Source of the DNA: a virus
IMG/VR virus record: IMGVR_UViG_3300043788_000169
Location: 68,502-132,501 of that record
Direction: 5' to 3' (one strand)
DNA: 64,000 bases
Shown here: piece after piece, positions 35,451-44,415 of the stretch
How positions within the stretch are numbered: position 1 is the stretch's first letter
Layout of the letters: the number at the start of each line of letters is the position of its first letter
The notes under the pieces: model-generated
What the model was told of the DNA's origin: nothing
What the model saw: only the letters and a program-made list of their open reading frames with translations
The model's database searches: none
Made by a program: the position numbers and the translations under genes

Positions 35451-35750
35451 ATGACTACGATGACCGCAGGACAGCCGGAGTGGTTCCCGGAAGGCACGAC
35501 CGCCGCGCAGCTGGGGGACCGCATCCACACGGCGCTGGAGATTGCGCCCCTCGCCCAGTTCGATGGAGCCCACCACAAGATGTGGGTGGCTGACCAGATG
35601 GTGCGGGCGCTGCTGGGGTGCGGGACGGAGCAGCGGGAGTTCACCGGGGCTGGCGGGAGCACTTATACCGCGCGGGTGCAGGGCGAGAACGACGCCTACC
35701 GGCGGTTCGTGGCACAGCACCCGGACTGGGACGAGGGCATCGCGCCGTGA
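35451..35750 (+). CDS. Phage hypothetical protein
   Basis: DGAHHKMWVADQMVRAL...WDEGIAP motif; GGAG RBS. Confidence 0.75.
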   Translation: MTTMTAGQPEWFPEGTTAAQLGDRIHTALEIAPLAQFDGAHHKMWVADQMVRALLGCGTEQREFTGAGGSTYTARVQGENDAYRRFVAQHPDWDEGIAP

Positions 35751-36067
35751 ACGTTAAGACAGGACAGCAGCCGGAGCCGGGCAGGTCACGGTGGCAGGAC
35801 CGCGTCGACCCGGCTGTTGCCGCCGCCGGCGAACTGGACGGCCCGCTGCCCATCCGCCAGCACCCGGACAGCCCTCCCGGCCCCGCCGTCGGGGCGTACT
35901 GGATGCACGGGAAGATCCTCGTCGTCGGCATCTACCCGGACGAGACCCACGGCACCGTGTACCGCTGGGACGCCGGCCTGGACGCCGCGCCCACGGTCAT
36001 CCACTGGGAAGCCCCGCACTGCGCTGACGACGAGTGCGGCTCCCCGTGTGTGCACAGCCGTGGCTAG
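35747..36067 (+). CDS. Hypothetical protein
   Basis: GTGA coupling (MNVKTGQ...). Confidence 0.55.
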   Translation: MNVKTGQQPEPGRSRWQDRVDPAVAAAGELDGPLPIRQHPDSPPGPAVGAYWMHGKILVVGIYPDETHGTVYRWDAGLDAAPTVIHWEAPHCADDECGSPCVHSRG

Positions 36068-36644
36068 GCGGCGCCGCAGGAGGTTCCAGGCGGGCTGGCT
36101 GAGCTGGGCGGTGCCGGTGGCCGGGGGTGTGTGGATCTGGACGTCCCTGCACGATCCTGGACGCCAAGCGGGCATGTGGACGATCGAGGGCGCCGCGGTG
36201 CTGGCGTGGCCGCTGGCGCTGACCGCGGTGTTCTACGTGCTGCCCGCGACTGCGATGTCTGTGGTGCCCAGAGGGCTGCGCAGGTGGTGGCGCAGGGGCT
36301 ACACCGTGCGGCCTGCGATTCCTGGCTTTATCCGCCGGGCTGTGATGTCTGCCGACTCTCACAGGTGCGTGCACTGCGGGCAGTGGGTGGATCTGCAGCT
36401 CGACCACGTCTTCCCCTGGAGCCTCGGCGGCCTGAGCGTGCTGTTTAACCTGATGGTGCTGTGCGGGACCTGCAACCGGGTCAAGTCCAACTACTGGCGC
36501 TTCCGCTCGGGCCATGAGATCTACCGGGCGTTCGACAACGCCGGCAACATCCGGATGGCACGGGAGATCCTGAGGTCGGAGAAGCTGGCGAGGATCAGCC
36601 CGCTGCGGTGGTACCGCGCGGCGCTGGCCCTGGGGGTGATCTAG
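36060..36644 (+). CDS. HNH endonuclease with N-terminal transmembrane helices
   Basis: CVHCG...LDHVFPWSLGG...NL.VLC..CN..KS; two hydrophobic segments N-terminal; GTG 36060. Confidence 0.8.
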   Translation: MARRRRRRFQAGWLSWAVPVAGGVWIWTSLHDPGRQAGMWTIEGAAVLAWPLALTAVFYVLPATAMSVVPRGLRRWWRRGYTVRPAIPGFIRRAVMSADSHRCVHCGQWVDLQLDHVFPWSLGGLSVLFNLMVLCGTCNRVKSNYWRFRSGHEIYRAFDNAGNIRMAREILRSEKLARISPLRWYRAALALGVI

Positions 36645-36968
36645 GTGGTTCTGGCATTCGGCGCGCTGGCTGCCCTGCTGGTCTCTGCGGTGGCGGGTGC
36701 AGCTTTCGCGGGGATCCGGCACGCGAGCCGGACGGAGGAGAAGCCGGCCAGCCAGCAGGTCGTGTACCTCTACCACCGCCGGCTCGCCCGCGGCGAGGAG
36801 TTCGGCGTCTTCGAGAGCCACGACGATGCGAAGGCTGCAGCTGCCGGCAAGCACGGCTATCTGGTCGAGGTCATCAGCTGCACGGTCATCCCGGCTGGTT
36901 CCCGGCACAAAGGCCACCGCCGGGCACGCCGTCCGGCAGACTGGATGGCAAAGCAGGTGAAGCCGTGA
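36645..36968 (+). CDS. Membrane-anchored hypothetical protein
   Basis: N-terminal TM helix. Confidence 0.55.
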   Translation: MVLAFGALAALLVSAVAGAAFAGIRHASRTEEKPASQQVVYLYHRRLARGEEFGVFESHDDAKAAAAGKHGYLVEVISCTVIPAGSRHKGHRRARRPADWMAKQVKP

Positions 36969-37264
36969 TAGACGACCGGATGTTTGATGACCCCGTATGG
37001 CCGCGCCGCGTCCCCCAGACGGCCCAGGGGGCGTGGCTGGCTTACCGGCGGCAGCGGCGCAGGCGCATCCTGCGGGATGCTGTCACCGTGCCGCTGTGGT
37101 GCCTGGATGCCACGCTGGGCGGGGTGAGCCTCTCCGTGGCGCTGACAGCCGCCACCGGGGTCTATCTCGGTGCGCTGTTCGAGATGCCGCTGTGGCTGGT
37201 CTGCACCATCCTGTTCGTGGCCAGCGTCCTGCCCGCGCCCCCGGATCACACCTCACAGCAGTGA
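36965..37264 (+). CDS. Membrane hypothetical protein
   Basis: GTGA coupling at 36965; two C-terminal TM segments. Confidence 0.55.
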   Translation: MIDDRMFDDPVWPRRVPQTAQGAWLAYRRQRRRRILRDAVTVPLWCLDATLGGVSLSVALTAATGVYLGALFEMPLWLVCTILFVASVLPAPPDHTSQQ

Positions 37265-37288
37265 TCTGGCCAGCTCAGCGGTGTGACA

Positions 37289-39322
37289 TCACTGCTGGGG
37301 CGGAGGCGGCGTCTTCGGGTACCAGCGGCCGTTCTTGCTGGCGATCAGCTCAGCGTCGCGGTCCTTGCCCAGCTCACGCTGGATGTGCGCGCGGTCGACC
37401 CCGATCCCTTCTTTCTTGAGGATCGTGAAGATCTCGCTGGTCGCGATGCCCAGCAGCGCGCGCTCGGCAATCAGCGCGTAGGCGCGCAGCTTCCACGCCG
37501 GGGCGTTGCCCTGCGGGGTGTATCCCTGGGCGAAGGTGGACAGGTCGGCCAGGGTGTCGCCCATCATCTCCTGGAACTCCGCCAGCTGCGCACGCCTCTG
37601 TTCCTCGCGGTCGATCACCGCGGTGGCTGCGGTGGTGCGAGCCGGGGTGGCCGGGGGCTCGGGAGCCAGGCTCTGGAACAGCTCGGAGCGCGTCCACCGC
37701 TCGGTGTAGTCGCTGCCCAGCACCGCGAGGTCGGCCGCGTCAAAGACTGGCCGTATGACCGAGCAGCGGGCCGCGATCCGGTCGACCTTCGCGCGGTCCT
37801 CGGGGTGCTCGTCGCCTGGGTCGAGCCGGAAGAACTTCCACACCTTCAGCTTCCGGTCACGGTCGCCCATCCGCCAGATGAGTCCGGTGCCGACGTGGGC
37901 CAGGCGGGAGATCGCCTTGGCCGCCGGGTCGGAGTCCGGCACCGCAGAGCGCGCGTCCATCTCCGTCATCTGGCCGAGGGTTATCCTCAGCCCGCACTGG
38001 CTCTTGAGGTCGCCGGACCCGGCCTGGGAAACGGTTGGCCGCTGTGTGGTCCAGATTGGGTCGATGGCCGAGGGCCGGCCTTTCCGGGTGATGTCGTTGG
38101 CCCAGGCGACCATCTGGACGTTGGAGACGCCGGCCAGCTGCTGCTTCTCGCGCGGGGCGTCGAGCATGAAAATGTCAGCCACCTCGTCGCCCAGAACCAT
38201 CACGGCCGGCTTGGCCCGGGACGGCACGAGCTTGGTCCGGCGCATGCTGGCGTTCTCCTCCCGGCGCCCCATCACGAGCCGGTCGGCTGCCTTGAACATC
38301 AGGTACGCCTCTTCGCGGGTGGTGGCCACCCAGTCGATGCACGGGCGCAGGCCCTTGCCCCCGTTGTTGAGTACCTCGTCGTTGATCCATGGCTGGATCC
38401 AGGGGCCCGACAGGGAGCCGCCGCCGAGGTCGACACACCAGACGATGACGTCTTCGCATGCGGAGAACTGGGCGATCAGGACGTTGAGAAGATTGCTCTT
38501 GCCCCAGCCTCGCAGGCCGGTCAGGAACGTCGCTACCTCGCGGAACAGGAGGCGGCCCAGCTCACCGATGGCTGCCATGCCGACCGGGATGGGCTTGGTG
38601 ATGGTGAGGACTTCGTCGTGCTCGGGGAACGGCACGGTCTCCGCAAAGATGTCTTCCTCGTTGAGGGTCATGATGGCTTCGCCACCATGCTTGCCTCCCT
38701 CGAAGGTGATCGCCCCCGGGTCCATCTTCAGCGGGATGCAGAGCTTCTCCACACAGGACCGCAGGGTGTTCAGGGTGACCGAGCCGTCCGTCGGTAGGCG
38801 CAGGTACACGATGCGGTTGCCCCGGGATTCCTCGATCAGGGTGACCTGGATGTTCGTCAGGCCGATCCGGGTGAAGGCCGCGATGATCTTGCGCCGTGCC
38901 GCCGCTGCGGCGAACGTTGCCACGCGCTCGCTTGCCTGGCGGCTTTCCATATCGTGGCGTTCCCAGACTAGGCCGCCGGCGACAATCACCGCCCCGACAA
39001 CCGCGACCAGAGAAACCAACGCCGGCCAGTGCCACACGCCGGTCAGCTTCGCATACACCAGCCACCCCGGAACAGTGACCGCGACCGCCAGGGAGCAAAT
39101 GACGACCGAGGAGGACTTCGACCGGATCGAGATCCCGGTCGCAATTGAGACGGAGAGCACGAGCGCGAGCGCCCCTGCCGGGAACGCGTGGATCTTGGTG
39201 AGAGCGAACAGGAACAGGGCCACGCCCACAGCCAGCCCGGTCTCGATCATGTGCGTCCACACATGACGAGGTGCCGGGTCAAGGGACTTCGCCGGGACGG
39301 GCTGGCTGCGGGTCGTGGTCAT
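37289..39322 (-). CDS. traB: TraB-like FtsK/SpoIIIE conjugative DNA translocase
   Basis: N-terminal TM helices; Walker A GLRGWGKS; VDLGGG; Walker B VLGDEVAD; RKGR...TTQRPT; C-terminal winged helix. Confidence 0.85.
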   Translation of the reverse strand: MTTTRSQPVPAKSLDPAPRHVWTHMIETGLAVGVALFLFALTKIHAFPAGALALVLSVSIATGISIRSKSSSVVICSLAVAVTVPGWLVYAKLTGVWHWPALVSLVAVVGAVIVAGGLVWERHDMESRQASERVATFAAAAARRKIIAAFTRIGLTNIQVTLIEESRGNRIVYLRLPTDGSVTLNTLRSCVEKLCIPLKMDPGAITFEGGKHGGEAIMTLNEEDIFAETVPFPEHDEVLTITKPIPVGMAAIGELGRLLFREVATFLTGLRGWGKSNLLNVLIAQFSACEDVIVWCVDLGGGSLSGPWIQPWINDEVLNNGGKGLRPCIDWVATTREEAYLMFKAADRLVMGRREENASMRRTKLVPSRAKPAVMVLGDEVADIFMLDAPREKQQLAGVSNVQMVAWANDITRKGRPSAIDPIWTTQRPTVSQAGSGDLKSQCGLRITLGQMTEMDARSAVPDSDPAAKAISRLAHVGTGLIWRMGDRDRKLKVWKFFRLDPGDEHPEDRAKVDRIAARCSVIRPVFDAADLAVLGSDYTERWTRSELFQSLAPEPPATPARTTAATAVIDREEQRRAQLAEFQEMMGDTLADLSTFAQGYTPQGNAPAWKLRAYALIAERALLGIATSEIFTILKKEGIGVDRAHIQRELGKDRDAELIASKNGRWYPKTPPPPQQ

Positions 39323-39332
39323 TGTGTGCCTC

Positions 39333-41084
39333 CTAGCCGTTCAGCCACATGTGGTGTGCCGAGCGGTGTGTCTGGAACGCGTCGGCCGCCGCGTCCCCGG
39401 TGCTGGACAGAGCCGACGCGTACTCCCTCAGGCTTTCGATGAACGCCTGGTGGATATGCTCGTCTGTCATCCCGTCCGCCGCGGTGCGGATTGCCTTCGC
39501 GATGACGCCAGGCAGCTCGGCCATCTGCCGGGCCCAGGTGTCCAGATCGGAGCCGCTGGCCGGGTGGAACGCGGCAATGTGGTCATGGACGGCCTCCTCG
39601 ACCGCCTCGATTCCTGCCATAGGGCCTCCTCTTGTTGATGGTGCTCGCTGCCTGCGCACCTGTGGCGCCTGCAGCCGTGGTGCCGGAGCGGGTGCCGGCC
39701 TCGACGTTCCCTGGGTGGGAGCTGGGGCCGGGGCTGGCGCCGCAGCGGGCTTCTGGCTCTCCCGCCTGGCGCGCTCGCGCTCTTTGCGTTCCTTCCTCAT
39801 GCGCTCGTTCCAGATCTGCTGCCAGCGGCGCCCGAGCTGGTTTCCGTAGTGCAGCCCCGGAATCCGCCGTGGCTGGACCTGCTGGGGCTCTCCCAGCCTC
39901 GGGACCGGACGCCACTGGCCCTTGCGCTGCGCCTTGCGCAGTTTGTGCCTGCGGTACAGCTGGCGAAGCCCGGCCACTGCAGCGATGGGAGCCAGCAGCT
40001 TGCTGGTCCAGCGCTTCCGTGCCTGGCTGCGCAGCTGCTTGCCCCGTGCCCTTCGCTGATTCCGGGTCTGGGTTCGCATCTGCCTGATCTGGCGCCGCAT
40101 CTGCCGGCGCTGGGCCCTGGACTGGCCGCGCAGCTGCTTGCCTCGCTGCCTGCGCAGCTGGCGGCCGTGGCCTTTGGCTCCCGGGCCCCACCGGACCTGA
40201 GGAGCCGCTGGCCGGGCCGATCCGGGGCTGTGCCGCCGGAGCCTTCCCGGAACCAGCCGGCGCAGTGTCTTGCGCGTACGCCCTGGCTTGGGCGTGGCCG
40301 TGCCCGGGGGCTTTGCCCCAGCTGGCCGCAGGCCGCGGGGACGGCTGCGCGGGCGACCGCCCGCTCCTGGCCGTCCTCCTGGCCCCCCGGTGGCCCGTCG
40401 CCGGGCTGGGATGAGCCTCCTGAGCCCACCTCGCGGCCGGCTGCTGGTGCCGGGACGGTGACCGGTACCCGGCCGTCCTCCGCCTGGACGGGATCCCGCC
40501 GGCCTGTGCGGCAGGAACCGCCGCAGACCCCGGCCGCCCGCACCGGTACCTGTGCCGGTGCGCCGTCGACCCGCGCCCGGACCAGTTCCCGTACGGCGCC
40601 TTCCGCTCCCCAGACCGCCGCCTGGGGACAGAGTGCGCCTGCGCGAGCGCCCGGACGATCCGGAAGCGCCTGACCCGGAGCGCTTGCCCCGTCCCAGGCC
40701 CAGACCGCCGCGCCCTGATCCGCCGCCGGACCGCCGGCCACCGCCCGCACCGCGCGAGCGGCCGCCAGAGCCGAGCTTGGGCAGTGCCCGCCCGCCCGAG
40801 GAGGACCGGCGGACGGACCGCCGTTCCCTGCGGGACGAGCCCGGAGGACGTGCGAAGTGCCTCCGGATACGCGGGTACTGCCAGATCCCGACTCCGCCGG
40901 CCCCGGCTGCCCCGGTCCCAGCCGCTGCCATCTCCACCGGGCCTGCGCCGAAACCGTGGACAGCTCCGACCACGGTTGCGATGCCCCCCAGCAGGTAGAG
41001 CAGCGGTCTGCGGCCCCGGACATGTCCGGGGCGCTGCTCTGGGCCTGCACGCGGCTCTTCATCGAGGGTCTCTTCATCAGCCAC
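39333..41084 (-). CDS. TraA-like protein: TM N-terminus, Arg/Gly-rich tract, helical C-terminal domain
   Basis: Directly upstream of traB; C-terminal domain ending AFQTHRSAH; internal GAGGAGG-ATG at 39620. Confidence 0.6.
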   Translation of the reverse strand: MADEETLDEEPRAGPEQRPGHVRGRRPLLYLLGGIATVVGAVHGFGAGPVEMAAAGTGAAGAGGVGIWQYPRIRRHFARPPGSSRRERRSVRRSSSGGRALPKLGSGGRSRGAGGGRRSGGGSGRGGLGLGRGKRSGSGASGSSGRSRRRTLSPGGGLGSGRRRTGTGPGAGRRRTGTGTGAGGRGLRRFLPHRPAGSRPGGGRPGTGHRPGTSSRPRGGLRRLIPARRRATGGPGGRPGAGGRPRSRPRGLRPAGAKPPGTATPKPGRTRKTLRRLVPGRLRRHSPGSARPAAPQVRWGPGAKGHGRQLRRQRGKQLRGQSRAQRRQMRRQIRQMRTQTRNQRRARGKQLRSQARKRWTSKLLAPIAAVAGLRQLYRRHKLRKAQRKGQWRPVPRLGEPQQVQPRRIPGLHYGNQLGRRWQQIWNERMRKERKERERARRESQKPAAAPAPAPAPTQGTSRPAPAPAPRLQAPQVRRQRAPSTRGGPMAGIEAVEEAVHDHIAAFHPASGSDLDTWARQMAELPGVIAKAIRTAADGMTDEHIHQAFIESLREYASALSSTGDAAADAFQTHRSAHHMWLNG

Positions 41085-41850
41085 TAGCCACCTCCTGTGC
41101 CATTCCTCGTGCTGCTGCCAGCACCTGCCTTGCGATGTGACGACTGCTCAGGCCGTACGCTTCGCGGAGTCCCCGCTCAGTGAAGCTCGCGCCCTTGCTG
41201 ATTTCCTTGGAGATTTCTTGCACGAGCTGGCGCATCGCCGGGTCGGTGTCGAGCTTCGGCTTCGGGCCGCGCTTCGCGTGGATGTCGACCACGTTCTTCT
41301 CGTGTGGCTTCTCGGCGCGCTCGGTCACCACCGCCGGCCGCTTCGGCTTAGGCTGCCTGGCCAGCTCCTCGGCCGCCCTGGCGGTGGCCACAGCGTCCTT
41401 GACCAGGCCGAGGCCAAAGCCAAGTGCGATGGTGGCAGCGAGCGGGGCGATGGCGCTGCCAAGCTTCACGGCGACGCCGGCGTGCAGTCCATCGTGCACA
41501 GCGTTTCCCAGGACCGACGATGCCAGAGCGCCGGTAGTCACGACCCACGCCCAGCCGCGGGTGCGCCACCGGGTGTCTCTGCGCAGGGCACACAGGAACA
41601 GCCGCAGTTCTCCCATGGCTATGAGCCAGTCAATTATGATGGGATATCCAGCAGCCCATGCCCCGCGAAGATGAAGGTAGGTATAACCGAACTCGAACAG
41701 CCCTCGGTAGGACTCCGCAAAAGCCCAGGACGTCGCTGAAACGATAATGACAGACAGACCCCATAGAGCAATGGGGTCAGCGCGCTGAAGCGTCCTGCTC
41801 AGCCTGCCTGTCTGCGCTGCGCTGCGGATCTTTCCCATCCTGCCGGCCAT
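41077..41850 (-). CDS. DUF2637/Spd-like membrane protein with C-terminal HTH-like region
   Basis: AFAESY.GL...AW...PIIID...S..GNAVH...IAPLA pattern; start at 41850 with GGAGG. Confidence 0.7.
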   Translation of the reverse strand: MAGRMGKIRSAAQTGRLSRTLQRADPIALWGLSVIIVSATSWAFAESYRGLFEFGYTYLHLRGAWAAGYPIIIDWLIAMGELRLFLCALRRDTRWRTRGWAWVVTTGALASSVLGNAVHDGLHAGVAVKLGSAIAPLAATIALGFGLGLVKDAVATARAAEELARQPKPKRPAVVTERAEKPHEKNVVDIHAKRGPKPKLDTDPAMRQLVQEISKEISKGASFTERGLREAYGLSSRHIARQVLAAARGMAQEVASG

Positions 41851-42034
41851 CCCGGACCCTCCAGGGTTCGTAGTCGGGTGGTTACAGCTCTCGGTGCGAG
41901 TTACTGTAGCCATAACGATTGTGGAGCGCGATTGTTCCTGCGTATGCTGGCCTGTTCGGTGTTTGCCTTTGACACAGTGCTGGCCCTCGCCAGTTAGATG
42001 GACGCACTTATGCCTACGGCGTCGTGGCCTGCCG

Positions 42035-42430
42035 ATGAACGCCTTCATGGACAGGAACCTAAGCCGTCTGCTCCAGACGGGGCACTCGATTCCCGCAGAT
42101 CTCCAGCAAGACGACACCGGCCCGCAGGTAGACGCAGCGGCGGCCGGGTGGGCACGGGTGCGCCAGATCCGCGGTACGCAGGCGGATCCGCGGATGTCCC
42201 GGGTGCAGACTCCGTCCCCGGAGCCAGGGCGGCCGCCGGTCAACCACGCGCTGAGGCAGTTCCTGGCCACCGGCTCCTCGGCACCTCCGGGTGTGCGTGC
42301 CACCGGCCGCACGCCGCAGGCTCCCCGCGAGGTGCCGCCTGCCAAGGAAGACGGCCCGTGGACCGGCCCCGGTTCAGCGGCGGCCGCGGTCCCGGTTGGC
42401 TTGGAGCAGGCGATGGGGCAGGATCGGTAG
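42035..42430 (+). CDS. Pro/Ala-rich hypothetical protein
   Basis: MNAFMDRNL start; divergent from the tra cluster. Confidence 0.4.
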   Translation: MNAFMDRNLSRLLQTGHSIPADLQQDDTGPQVDAAAAGWARVRQIRGTQADPRMSRVQTPSPEPGRPPVNHALRQFLATGSSAPPGVRATGRTPQAPREVPPAKEDGPWTGPGSAAAAVPVGLEQAMGQDR

Positions 42431-42760
42431 CTGCCCCGTAATAGGGTCAGGTGCGGCGGTCAGGGAGGCCCGAGGATCTTGCCGCCGCACCGCAGATGTC
42501 TCAGGCACGACAGCTGTCCTGCGCCCGCCAGAGGCTGGGCGCGGTCCCGAGCCCGGAGTCTGAGACGCGGAGACGAGGGAGGGGCCTTTAAGCAGGTCCC
42601 CTGTAGGTCCCTCCCGACTCTCGGCGCCGGAAGATCACGACTTGGCAGCTCCCCCTTTTCGGTCTTGTCATTTTCTGGACACGACCGGTAGCCTCCAGCC
42701 GATAAGAGACGCCCTTGAGGCGCAGGTCACCACGTCTTGCACCTCGGCTAGGGGGCGTTC

Positions 42761-43102
42761 ATGAATGCTGCTGCGAAGGTCCGGCACGAGCCGGCCGTCT
42801 ACTTCGTCACGGTCCTGGGCACGCTCGTCGCGCTCATCGTGGCGTTCGCCCATCTCTCCCAGACCGATGCCGCCTATCTCGGCATGCTGGTTACCGGGCT
42901 GGGCACGATCATTACCGCCCTGCTGGCCCAGCCGCGCCACGTCGCGGTCATCGGCGGGGCAGCCGCTGACATCCTGCAGTCCCTCGTGCTGTTCAAGATT
43001 CACCTGAGCAGCGGGGAGCAGGCTGCGATCCTCCAGGCGGTGGCGCTGCTCACTGGCTATCTGGCGATGCGGCCGAACCTCACGCCCGACCACAGCGACT
43101 GA
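42761..43102 (+). CDS. Holin-like membrane protein
   Basis: EPA...LS..(E)QAAI...R..LTP pattern of actinophage holins; about 4 TM with internal duplication. Confidence 0.65.
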   Translation: MNAAAKVRHEPAVYFVTVLGTLVALIVAFAHLSQTDAAYLGMLVTGLGTIITALLAQPRHVAVIGGAAADILQSLVLFKIHLSSGEQAAILQAVALLTGYLAMRPNLTPDHSD

Positions 43103-43126
43103 TCCGGGCGGAGCGGGGACCAGCAC

Positions 43127-43855
43127 ATGATGCTCATCGGTGGTACTTGCGTTTCCCAGGAACAGGCCGTCCATGCCCTCGACGTCCTGCGCGAAAGCCC
43201 TGGGATGATGGTCCGGCAGCCTCTCCAGCGGGCCGGGAACCCGCTGGCGGCCTGCGACTACCACGCGGCCGCTGCGCCGTTCCGTCCCCGGCCCCAGGAC
43301 GTGCCTGCGGCCGGGCGGGGCGCTGCCGGGCGGCACCTGACCAAGCCCGCGTTCGTGCTGGCGATCGAGACAGCTCTGGCTCTCGATCGCCAGGCGGCCG
43401 AGCGCAAAGCCGAGCTGGAGCGGGCGGTGGCCGCCCTGCAGCCGCCCGTGTCCCGTGAGGATGTCGACGCGGCTATGGCGGCCTTCGCCGTTGATTGCTC
43501 TTACGTGACCTCGATGGCCAGCAACGCCGTCGCGGTGCTGCGCAAGCGCTACGCCGCGGGCAGGAGGGTTGCCCTCCGCGCGGCCTCTCAGGCGGCCGTG
43601 GCGCTGTGCTCCAGCCGCCCGGGTGCGTTCCGGTGCGCGGCGGTCGCGCCGTGCGGGACGGGCGACTGCAGGCTCGCCCGCGGGGTGCTGGCGGGACTCG
43701 ACGTCCCGGCGGTCAGGGAAGTGCGCGGCCCGGCGCTGGCCCGGCCCGGCAATCACGTGGCGGCCGGGGACCGGTTCGCGCCTGATGTCATGCTCGACCC
43801 CCTGCTGGAGCGGCAGCCCTGGACCGCTGGCGGTGGCCTGGCTGTCGCCGTATAG
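43127..43855 (+). CDS. Hypothetical protein sharing a domain with the sigma-like protein at 56124
   Basis: IGG...ALDVLRESPGMMVRQPL..AG.PLA; Cys cluster in the C-terminal half. Confidence 0.65.
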   Translation: MMLIGGTCVSQEQAVHALDVLRESPGMMVRQPLQRAGNPLAACDYHAAAAPFRPRPQDVPAAGRGAAGRHLTKPAFVLAIETALALDRQAAERKAELERAVAALQPPVSREDVDAAMAAFAVDCSYVTSMASNAVAVLRKRYAAGRRVALRAASQAAVALCSSRPGAFRCAAVAPCGTGDCRLARGVLAGLDVPAVREVRGPALARPGNHVAAGDRFAPDVMLDPLLERQPWTAGGGLAVAV

Positions 43856-43923
43856 TGGCCGGTGCCTAACACCCACCCCGGTGTGCGGCGGTCCAGCCCC
43901 AGCAGGCGAGCAGGGCTGATGGG

Positions 43924-43956
43924 CAGAAGGCCGGGACTCGGACTCCCGGCCTTCTG
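43924..43956. terminator. Hairpin
   Basis: CAGAAGGCCGGGA / TCCCGGCCTTCTG 13-bp stem. Confidence 0.6.
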
Positions 43957-44402
43957 TGTCCCCCGATGTACTGCCCGTGGAGTTCAGTGACGATCAGCGC
44001 GCCGCGGTCATCCTCGGCGCTGCCGACGGCCTGACTCTGGCTATCTCCGAGATCCTCGGCCTGCGGCTGCACGAGACCGCGATCTTCCATTCGGGCCTGT
44101 CGGCCGGGCTGGGCGAGCTGGTCGGGATGACCGCGGCTTTGTGGCTGTCTGCGGACAAGCCGAAGGGCTTCCTCGCGGCGCTTGGGTGCGGGATTGCCAC
44201 GCTGCTGGCCTGTGCGCTGCCCTGCGTGCCGTTCGTGGTCGGCGGGTCTCCCGGAGCCTGGATCGCCGCAGTGGGGATGATTGCTGGCCTGGGGGCTCTG
44301 GTGTGCTGGCTGCGGCCGCAGCGCGGCCTGCGTGCGGTGGTCGAGACCTACGGTGTGCTGGCCGCCGCCGGGCTGCTGTGCTTTGTGTCGTCCCTGATCT
44401 GA
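43956..44402 (+). CDS. VIT1/CCC1-like membrane protein (short)
   Basis: R.AVILGAADGL...G...GM.A..WLS and LPCVPF motifs; several TM. Confidence 0.65.
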   Translation: MSPDVLPVEFSDDQRAAVILGAADGLTLAISEILGLRLHETAIFHSGLSAGLGELVGMTAALWLSADKPKGFLAALGCGIATLLACALPCVPFVVGGSPGAWIAAVGMIAGLGALVCWLRPQRGLRAVVETYGVLAAAGLLCFVSSLI

Positions 44403-44415
44403 CGATGGCGCGGGC

